DNA from: Candidatus Eiseniibacteriota bacterium
GTDB lineage: Bacteria > Eisenbacteria > RBG-16-71-46
DNA length: 29,201 nt
NCBI GenBank assembly: GCA_041483195.1
Contig: JBGPFC010000041.1
Coordinates: 1 to 29,201, forward strand
Reading direction: 5' to 3'
The notes under the pieces were generated by a model. It did not search any database, was not told the DNA's origin, and was given only the letters and a program-made list of their open reading frames with translations. Positions 18,377-25,346 of this stretch are shown piece after piece (within the stretch, counting starts at the first letter, position 1; each line of letters starts with the position of its first letter). The translations under genes were made by a program, and so were the position numbers.

Positions 18377-19315
18377 ATGACCTTCCGTATTCGCTCCGTT
18401 TCGTCCGCCCTCGCATGCGGTTGTCTCATCGCGCTCGGGATGCTCGCGGCGCTCACCGTGCCCGCCCGCGCCAATCCGGTCCTCGGATTTCGCGAGCCAT
18501 TCACCAGCACCACGACCAGCTGGACCGGGGGAACGATCTTCTCGAACCCCGGGACCGGGGGCCTATTCGGCTCGAACGACGGCTACCTGCTTCTGGAGAG
18601 CGGAACCCCCAGCCACTTCGGCACGGTCTCGTTCGGCCCCGAATACACGGGCGACTGGATCGCCGCGGGGATCACGCAAGTCCGCCTCTGGCTCGACGAC
18701 GTGGGCGCCGCCGATCCATTCGAGATCCACTTCGCGATCGGCGACGGCGCCGCAAACTTCTGGATGTACAACGTGGGGTTCATTCCGCCCCCGCATGCCT
18801 GGGGGGAATTCGTGGTGGACCTCACGTCGGCCGCGAACTTCACCCAGATCCGCGGCCCCGGGAGCTTCGCGAGCGCGCTGCAGTCGGTGGACCGCATTCA
18901 CATCCGCCACGACCAGGCGCCGTATCTTCCCATTCCGAATCCCCCGGATCCGATCGCGGGCGACCTCGGGATCGACCAGATCCTGCTCACCGACGGCCTG
19001 GTGGGCGTCGATCCGGCCCAGGCTCCGGCGGCCCGCGGGACCATCCAGCTCGCCCCGCCGTTTCCCAATCCGTCCCGGGGGCCGGTGACGCTCTCGCTGC
19101 GTGAGTCGGCGCCCGGGCCCTTCACCTTCGAGATCGTGGATGTCGCCGGGCGGAGCGTGCGGCGGTTCGTGCTTCCAGCGGCGGGCGGCGGGCCGCGCAC
19201 CTGGATGTGGGACGGGCTCGACGATCGCGGGCGGCGCGTCGCGCCGGGCGTCTACCGCGCGCGCGCGTACTCGGAAGCGGGGGGCACGAGCCGTCCGCTC
19301 GTGCGCGTGAACTGA
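18377..19315 (+). CDS. Secreted hypothetical protein with C-terminal FlgD-Ig / T9SS-CTD-like domain
   Basis: Signal peptide ending VPARA, same core as the upstream gene, then PFPNPSRG...EIVDVAGRSVR...WDGLDDRGRRVAPGVY. Start placed at ATG 18377. Confidence 0.85.
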   Translation: MTFRIRSVSSALACGCLIALGMLAALTVPARANPVLGFREPFTSTTTSWTGGTIFSNPGTGGLFGSNDGYLLLESGTPSHFGTVSFGPEYTGDWIAAGITQVRLWLDDVGAADPFEIHFAIGDGAANFWMYNVGFIPPPHAWGEFVVDLTSAANFTQIRGPGSFASALQSVDRIHIRHDQAPYLPIPNPPDPIAGDLGIDQILLTDGLVGVDPAQAPAARGTIQLAPPFPNPSRGPVTLSLRESAPGPFTFEIVDVAGRSVRRFVLPAAGGGPRTWMWDGLDDRGRRVAPGVYRARAYSEAGGTSRPLVRVN

Positions 19316-19390
19316 CGCGGCGCGGCCGGTGAGGCGGCGCGCCGGCGCGGGGTCGCACGCGCGGCCGCCGCGGGCCGAATCCGGAATCGG

Positions 19391-20407
19391 ATGAAGCTCC
19401 TCGTCCTCGGGGGCACGCGATTTCTCGGGCGTGCGATCGTCGACGCCGCGCTCGCGCGCGGCCACGCGGTGACGCTGTTCCATCGCGGGAAGACGCGCCC
19501 CGGGCTGTTTCCGGGCGTGGAGCGACTGATCGGCGACCGCGACGGTGGTCTCGGCGCGTTGCGCGGCCGCGACTGGGACGCGGTGGTCGACACCTCCGGC
19601 TTCGTTCCACGCGTGGTCGTGGAGGGGGTGCGCGTGCTCGCGGAGAGGATCGCGCACTACACCTTCGTCTCGAGCATCTCGGTGTACGCCGACCCGATGC
19701 CCGCCCTCGCGAACGAATCGGCCCCGCTGGCGAGCCTCGCCGACGAGACCGACGAGACCGTGAGCGGCGAGCATTACGGCGCGCTCAAGGCGCTCTGCGA
19801 GCGCGCGGTCGACACCGCGCTTCCCGGCCGGGCGCTCGTCGTGCGCCCGGGACTGATCGTCGGACCCCACGACTACACCGATCGGTTCGCATACTGGCCC
19901 CGGCGGATCGCGCGCGGGGGCGAGGTACTGGCGCCGGGCGTCCCGGCCGCGCCGGTTCAATTCGTGGACGTTCGCGACCTGGCCGCATGGATGACGACGA
20001 TGTCGGAACGGCGCGCCTCAGGGACGTTCAACGCGACCGGCCCCGCGACGCCCCTCGCGTTCGGGCCGTTTCTCGACGCCTGCCGTGCGGCCTTGGGCGG
20101 CGATGCGCGCTTCACGTGGGTCGACGAGCGCTTCCTGCTCGACCGCGGGGTTCAGCCCTGGAGCGAGATGCCGCTCTGGGTGCCGGAGGCGAGCGCCGCG
20201 CACGCGCGCACCGATTGCGCCCGCGCGCTCGCGGCCGGACTCGAGTTTCGTTCCATCGACGCGACCGTTCGCGACACCCTCGCCTGGGACCGCGCGGAGC
20301 CGGCCGCGACCCGGCTGGCACCCTCGATACCGATGCCGGCCAGCATGAGCGCCGAACGCGAGCGGGAGCTGCTGGCGGCGTGGCGCGTGGCGCGCGCCGC
20401 GGGCTGA
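19391..20407 (+). CDS. NAD-dependent epimerase/dehydratase (atypical SDR, isoflavone-reductase-like)
   Basis: MKLLVLGGTRFLG, FHRGKT, WDAVVDTSG, VSSISVY, YGALK, RPGLIVGPHD, QFVDVRDL. Confidence 0.9.
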   Translation: MKLLVLGGTRFLGRAIVDAALARGHAVTLFHRGKTRPGLFPGVERLIGDRDGGLGALRGRDWDAVVDTSGFVPRVVVEGVRVLAERIAHYTFVSSISVYADPMPALANESAPLASLADETDETVSGEHYGALKALCERAVDTALPGRALVVRPGLIVGPHDYTDRFAYWPRRIARGGEVLAPGVPAAPVQFVDVRDLAAWMTTMSERRASGTFNATGPATPLAFGPFLDACRAALGGDARFTWVDERFLLDRGVQPWSEMPLWVPEASAAHARTDCARALAAGLEFRSIDATVRDTLAWDRAEPAATRLAPSIPMPASMSAERERELLAAWRVARAAG

Positions 20408-20427
20408 CCCGCGGCGCGGCCCGCGAG

Positions 20428-20931
20428 TCAGCCGCGCAGTCCGCGCGGCCCCAGCACGCGATAGCGGCGCGCGGGCGCTTCCGCAGGGCTCCAGGGCGGA
20501 CCGTGCAGCGGGTCGCGCACGCTGAGGAACGCGAATCGGCGCATCGCGCGGTCGGAGGAAAGCAGGTCACGCACGCCGTGCTCGCGCAGGATCGCGGCGG
20601 TCTCGAGCCCCGCGGGGATCGCGGGCTCGGTCCCGAGTCCGGACACCAGCTCGGACACGACCGCGCCATGGCGGGGGCCGGGGCCGATCACCCGCAACGA
20701 CGGCGCGGAGCGCAGCGCCTCGATGAATCCCCAAGCATCGCCCGGCCCGAGCGGCCGCACGGTGGCGTGGGGGTGGGTCACCAGCCCGAGAAACGCGTGC
20801 ACCACGCTCCACGGGATCGCCCACGGCGCCTCGCCGTTCGCGAGCTCCTCGAGCACGCGGCTCGCACGCGCGTGCTCCGGAACGGCGCGGTTCACGGCGC
20901 AGGCGAGGATGCCGGTGTCGATCGCGCGCAT
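20428..20931 (-). CDS. VapC-like PIN domain protein, apparently degenerate active site
   Basis: MRAIDTGIL, WAIPWSVVHAFL..VTHP, AAILREHGVRDLLSSDRAMRRF..RDPL follow the VapC scaffold. Lies 5 nt downstream of an antitoxin gene. Confidence 0.85.
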   Translation of the reverse strand: MRAIDTGILACAVNRAVPEHARASRVLEELANGEAPWAIPWSVVHAFLGLVTHPHATVRPLGPGDAWGFIEALRSAPSLRVIGPGPRHGAVVSELVSGLGTEPAIPAGLETAAILREHGVRDLLSSDRAMRRFAFLSVRDPLHGPPWSPAEAPARRYRVLGPRGLRG

Positions 20932-20936
20932 CGCGA

Positions 20937-21179
20937 TCAGGCCCCGCCCCGCGGGCCCATCACGCCCCGGAACGTCTCGCGCTGCGACGGATCCGCGAGG
21001 AAGGGGCCGAGGTCGTAGGAAGGGAGCTTGACGCGCGACCTGCGGCCGGCCGCGAGCGCCTCGAGACCGAGCCGCAACGCGCGCTCGACGAGCTCGGTGA
21101 GGGTGCGGCGTTCGTCGTGTGCGCGGCGTCGCAGCTCCGACATCAGCCCCTCATCGAGAATCAGCGTCGTACGTTTCAT
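20937..21179 (-). CDS. VapB-like antitoxin (ribbon-helix-helix type)
   Basis: MKRTTLILDEGLMSELRRRA...TLTELVERALR..L, VKLPSYDLG. Small gene upstream of the PIN gene. Confidence 0.85.
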   Translation of the reverse strand: MKRTTLILDEGLMSELRRRAHDERRTLTELVERALRLGLEALAAGRRSRVKLPSYDLGPFLADPSQRETFRGVMGPRGGA

Positions 21180-21200
21180 ATGTAAAAGCATATCTTATAA
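21178..21200 (-). promoter_or_regulatory. vapBC promoter/operator
   Basis: AT-rich island. Inverted repeat ATATG-TAAAAG-CATAT (21178-21193). Minus-strand -10-like TATGCT lies 7 nt before the ATG at 21179. Confidence 0.6.
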
Positions 21201-21230
21201 CGCGACATTCGTCACGACGTGATTTTGTCC

Positions 21231-21259
21231 TTGAGCCGCGGCGCGCCCTGCTGCACAAT
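21231..21259 (+). promoter_or_regulatory. Putative sigma70-type promoter of ahcY
   Basis: TTGAGC-N17-CACAAT, about 60 nt upstream of the ahcY start. Confidence 0.45.
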
Positions 21260-21322
21260 CCTCCGCGTTCATTCGCCCCATCGTCCACGCGACTGGATCC
21301 CCCGATCACCCAAGGAGCGCCC

Positions 21323-22633
21323 ATGGCTCGCACCTCATCCCGCCGTGGCAACGGAGCCGCGCCGAACGGCTCGACCGTGCCCGGACACGTCAAGGACCTC
21401 GGACTCGCCCGTGAAGGCCGCATGCGCATCGAGTGGTCGGAGCGCAACATGCCGGTGCTGCGCGCGATTCGCGCCCGGTTCAAGAAGGAGCGCCCGCTGC
21501 GCGGCGTGCGGGTCGCGGCCTGCCTGCACGTCACGACCGAGACCGCGAACCTCGCGCGCACGTTGAAGGAGGGAGGCGCCGAGGTCTACCTGTGCGGCTC
21601 GAATCCGCTCAGCACCCAGGACGATGTCGCCGCCGCGCTGGTCGCGCACTACGGGATCGCCACCTTCGCCATCAAGGGCGAAGACCACAAGACCTACTAC
21701 TCGCACATCGTGTCGTGCATCGAGGCCCGGCCGCACGTCACCATGGACGACGGATGCGATCTGGTGACGGTCCTGCACACCAAGAAGCGCAACTACCTGC
21801 GCGGGGTGTTCGCCGGCACCGAAGAGACGTCGACCGGCGTCACGCGCCTGCGCGCGATGGCGGCCGGCCGGGTGCTGAAGTACCCGGTGATCGCGATCAA
21901 CGATGCAGACACGAAGCACCTGTTCGACAACCGCTACGGCACCGGGCAGAGCACGCTCGACGGCGTGCTGCGCTGCACCAACATGCTGGTCGCGGGCTCC
22001 ACGGTCGTGATCGCCGGTTACGGGTGGTGCGGGCGGGGCCTCGCCACGCGCGCCAAGGGCATGGGCGCCACCGTGCTGGTGACCGAGATCAACCCGCTGC
22101 GAGCGCTGGAAGCGCAGATGGACGGTTACCAGGTCGTCTCGATGGCGGTCGCGGCCCCCCGCGGGGATCTGTTCATCACGGTGACCGGCAACAAGTCGGT
22201 GCTGCGCCGCGAACACTTCGCCGCGATGAAGGACGGCGCGATCGTCGCGAACAGCGGCCACTTCAACGTCGAGATCGACATCCCGGCGCTCGAGCGGCTG
22301 TCGGGCAGCCGGCGCACCGTGCGCCCGTTCGTCGAAGAGTTCAGGCTCGCGGGAGGGCGCCGGATCTATCTGCTGGGCGAGGGGCGGCTCATCAACCTCG
22401 CGGCGGCCGAGGGACATCCGGCGATGGTGATGGACATGTCGTTCGCGAACCAGTCGCTGAGCGTCGAGCACCTGAAGAAGAAGGCGAAGTCGCTCAAGAA
22501 GGACGTCTACCTGGTGCCGCAGGCGATCGATCGCGAGGTGTCCCGCCTCAAGCTGAAGAGCATGGGCATCGAGATCGACACGCTGACCCAGGAGCAGGAT
22601 CGATATCTGAGAGCGTGGAGCGAAGGCACCTGA
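21323..22633 (+). CDS. ahcY: S-adenosylhomocysteine hydrolase
   Basis: MPVL, ACLHVTTETANL, SNPLSTQDD, DDGCDL, EETSTG, TKHLFDNRYGTGQS, GYGWCGRG, GRLINL..AEGHP, MDMSFANQ. SD AAGGAG before the ATG at 21323. Confidence 0.97.
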   Translation: MARTSSRRGNGAAPNGSTVPGHVKDLGLAREGRMRIEWSERNMPVLRAIRARFKKERPLRGVRVAACLHVTTETANLARTLKEGGAEVYLCGSNPLSTQDDVAAALVAHYGIATFAIKGEDHKTYYSHIVSCIEARPHVTMDDGCDLVTVLHTKKRNYLRGVFAGTEETSTGVTRLRAMAAGRVLKYPVIAINDADTKHLFDNRYGTGQSTLDGVLRCTNMLVAGSTVVIAGYGWCGRGLATRAKGMGATVLVTEINPLRALEAQMDGYQVVSMAVAAPRGDLFITVTGNKSVLRREHFAAMKDGAIVANSGHFNVEIDIPALERLSGSRRTVRPFVEEFRLAGGRRIYLLGEGRLINLAAAEGHPAMVMDMSFANQSLSVEHLKKKAKSLKKDVYLVPQAIDREVSRLKLKSMGIEIDTLTQEQDRYLRAWSEGT

Positions 22634-22683
22634 GTCCGGGCGGCAGACTCACCGCGCGACGCCGCGCGGAAGCGAAGGGGGAT

Positions 22684-22714
22684 CGGCCCCGGTTCGTGGT
22701 TGGAACCGGGGCCG
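22684..22714. terminator. Hairpin between convergent ahcY and DUF1207-like gene
   Basis: Perfect 12-bp stem CGGCCCCGGTTC / GAACCGGGGCCG with a 7-nt loop. No strong U-tract. Confidence 0.55.
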
Positions 22715-22753
22715 CTTCGCGCCGGCCGCACGCGCCGGGATGCGCCGTCCCGC

Positions 22754-23956
22754 TCAGAACGACAGCGTGAGGCTGGGGGCCACGTACCAGCGCGGGTGAT
22801 CGCGGCGGCGATCGTCGAGGAAGACGCCGCGCGTCGAATAGCCGCGATACCATTCGAGTCCGAGCACGGTTTCGTGCCGGGTCCAGCTTCCCCCGCGCGA
22901 GACGTCGCGCGAGCCGGGATCGAACAGCGAGAGTCCGACCAGCGCGTGCCAGGATCCGGCGTACGGCAGCTCACGGCCGCACGGGCAATTGGTCCAGAGC
23001 CGCGGAGTCCAAACCTCGCCGTCTCCGGATGGATTGTCGCAGGACGCGAAGTCGAACGGCCGCGCCAGCCTCACGTCGAACGCCGCGAACCAGGCGGTCG
23101 TGAGGACATCGGAGTGCATCCCGCGATTCACGGCACGTGCGAGCGCGCCGGGAGACACGTCGCCGCGATTGCCCGCCGAACGCAACTCGACGCCGGCTGA
23201 GGCTGCGGGAGAGCGGAAACGGCGCGGCTCGAGCCCGGTGATGCCCAGCTTGAGCTCGCCGCCCAGGTACACGCGCACCGTGCCGTCGCGGAGCGCGCGC
23301 GGAGAGCCCTCGAGCGATGCCACGGTCTCGAGGACCTCGTAGCTCAGCACCGCGCGCTTGATCGGCGGCCTCGGGCGCAGGCCGGTCGCCTCCACCAGGC
23401 CCCGCTGGTTGCGCCCGAACCCCCCGCGGCCCAGGTAGTCGTCGCTCACGTGCGAGCTGCGGTGAAGGATCGCGACGCGCGTGGTGAGGACCGGCGTCTG
23501 GAATCCGGCGATGCCACGAGCGGTGTCGCCGTCGCCCGTCCACAGCGCGTCGAGCGCCACTCCATAAGAGTAGTCCGCGACGTTGATGAACTGCGCATCG
23601 ATGCGATCGAACCCGACGTCCACCTGGAGCGGCGCGGCCAGCTGATAGGCCCGCGCCGGCGTGCGCCACGTCCCGGCGTGGCTCCACGCGGGGCCGCGAA
23701 GCGTGCGACCGCCGGCGACGCCGAAGCTCACCCCGCGCACGTCCCGATCCACGCCCGCCACGCTCGTGGAATCCGAGACGTCGGTTCCGTAGCGGTAGTC
23801 CTGCTCGAACGACTGGAACCGCAACCGGGTGAGGCTCTCGAACGGGGCGGCCATGCGTGGCCTGAACAGCTCCAGGCCGGGGGCCGCCGCGGCCCGTGTG
23901 CCGCCCGACAGCACCGCCACCGCGACGGCGACCATCCGCGCACCAGCGAATCGCAT
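22754..23956 (-). CDS. DUF1207-like putative outer-membrane beta-barrel protein
   Basis: Signal peptide, LFRPRMAAPFE, FINVADY, ILHRSSHVSDDYL, LSYE, RVYLGG, LEWYRGYS..GVF, C-terminal SLTLSF. GGAGAG upstream of the ATG at 23956. Family assignment is by motif recall. Confidence 0.65.
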   Translation of the reverse strand: MRFAGARMVAVAVAVLSGGTRAAAAPGLELFRPRMAAPFESLTRLRFQSFEQDYRYGTDVSDSTSVAGVDRDVRGVSFGVAGGRTLRGPAWSHAGTWRTPARAYQLAAPLQVDVGFDRIDAQFINVADYSYGVALDALWTGDGDTARGIAGFQTPVLTTRVAILHRSSHVSDDYLGRGGFGRNQRGLVEATGLRPRPPIKRAVLSYEVLETVASLEGSPRALRDGTVRVYLGGELKLGITGLEPRRFRSPAASAGVELRSAGNRGDVSPGALARAVNRGMHSDVLTTAWFAAFDVRLARPFDFASCDNPSGDGEVWTPRLWTNCPCGRELPYAGSWHALVGLSLFDPGSRDVSRGGSWTRHETVLGLEWYRGYSTRGVFLDDRRRDHPRWYVAPSLTLSF

Positions 23957-24062
23957 TCGCAGTCTCTCCCCGGGCCCGACGCTCGCGCACGCGAATCCGG
24001 CGCGCCGCGCGCACTTTATATCAGAAGCGTCGCTTCGCGCTCCTCTGCTAGGCTGAGTGCCC

Positions 24063-25232
24063 ATGTTCTCGCGCCGCGTGCCGCACGATCTCGAGCCGAC
24101 GCCCTGGGCGGAGGCGCTCGCGGCGCGCCGCCTCGCGGGCGCGACGCTGCTGGATCTCACCGAGGCCAATCCCACCCGGGTCGGGCTCGGGGTGATGAGC
24201 GACGGCGAGCGCGCGGCGCTCGGCGGCGAGGACGCGGCCCGCTACGAGCCCGATCCGCGCGGCGGCGCCGAGGCCCGGCGGGCGGTCGCGCGCTACTACG
24301 CCTCGCGCGGACACGCGGTCGATCCGCACGACGTCGTGCTGGTGGCCGGCACCAGCGAGGCATACTCGCATCTGTTCCGGCTGCTCGCGGATCCCGGGGA
24401 GAGCATCGCCGCGCCCGCGCCCAGCTATCCGCTGTTCGAGCCGCTCGCGGCGCTCGAGGGCGTGCGGCTCGAGCGCTATCGCCTGGCGTGGGACGGCGCG
24501 TGGCACCTCGATCTGGATTCACTGGAACGCGCGCTCGATGCCGGCGCGCGCGGCGTGATCGTGGTGCAGCCCAACCACCCGACCGGTTCGTGCCTCGCGC
24601 CTCCGGAGATCGCCCGACTCGATGCGCTGTGCGCGGCGCGCGAGGTCGCGATCGTCTCGGACGAGGTGTTCGGCGACTTCCCGCGTCCCCCCGCGCGCGA
24701 GCCGCTTCCGAGCCTGGTGGGTTCGCGCCGCGCGCCGACCTTCGTGCTGAGCGGGCTCTCGAAGGTGTGCGGCATGCCGGGCCTCAAGCTGTCGTGGATC
24801 GTGGCATGCGGGCCCGACGCCGCGCGCGAGCGGCTGCGCGCCGGTCTCGAGTGGATCGCCGATCTCTTCCTCTCGGTGTCGAGCCCGGTGCAGGCGGCGC
24901 TGCCGCGGCTGCTCGAGGCGCGGCACGGGTTCCAGGCGCGGGTGCGCGAGCGGCTCGCGATCAATCTCGCGGCGCTCGATGCGCTCTCGGGCCGGCGGCC
25001 CGATCTCACCGCGCTGCCCGCTCAGGGCGGATGGATGGCGGTGCTGCCCGTGCCGACCACGCGATCGGAGGACGAGTGGGCGCTCGCGCTGCTCGAGCGC
25101 GACGTGGTGGTGCACCCCGGACACTTCTACGATTTCGAGAAACCGGCGTGCCTGGTGCTGAGCCTGATCGCGCTCCCGCGGACGTTCGCGGAGGCGCTCG
25201 CCCGCATCGAATCGCTCGCGCCCGAGCGCTAG
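24063..25232 (+). CDS. PLP-dependent aminotransferase, class I/II
   Basis: LDLTEANPT, YEPDPRG, GTSEAY, PSYPLF, PNHPTG, SDEVF, GLSKVCGMPGLKLSW (PLP Lys), HPGHFYDF. Confidence 0.92.
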   Translation: MFSRRVPHDLEPTPWAEALAARRLAGATLLDLTEANPTRVGLGVMSDGERAALGGEDAARYEPDPRGGAEARRAVARYYASRGHAVDPHDVVLVAGTSEAYSHLFRLLADPGESIAAPAPSYPLFEPLAALEGVRLERYRLAWDGAWHLDLDSLERALDAGARGVIVVQPNHPTGSCLAPPEIARLDALCAAREVAIVSDEVFGDFPRPPAREPLPSLVGSRRAPTFVLSGLSKVCGMPGLKLSWIVACGPDAARERLRAGLEWIADLFLSVSSPVQAALPRLLEARHGFQARVRERLAINLAALDALSGRRPDLTALPAQGGWMAVLPVPTTRSEDEWALALLERDVVVHPGHFYDFEKPACLVLSLIALPRTFAEALARIESLAPER

Positions 25233-25346
25233 CCCCCGCGCTGGTCCGGGCTTTTCCGCGGTTGGTGGCCGCCGCCTTGCGGCGCGCGCGCCGAATCGCG
25301 AGAGTCGCGGTCCCCCACGCCACCGCGCCGCCCTGGACCTGAGAGA

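Noticed and set aside
21260..21322. Possible SAH riboswitch before ahcY (AGGAGCGC resembles its core)
   Set aside because: The match is simply the SD sequence next to the start codon, and the rest of the aptamer is not evident.
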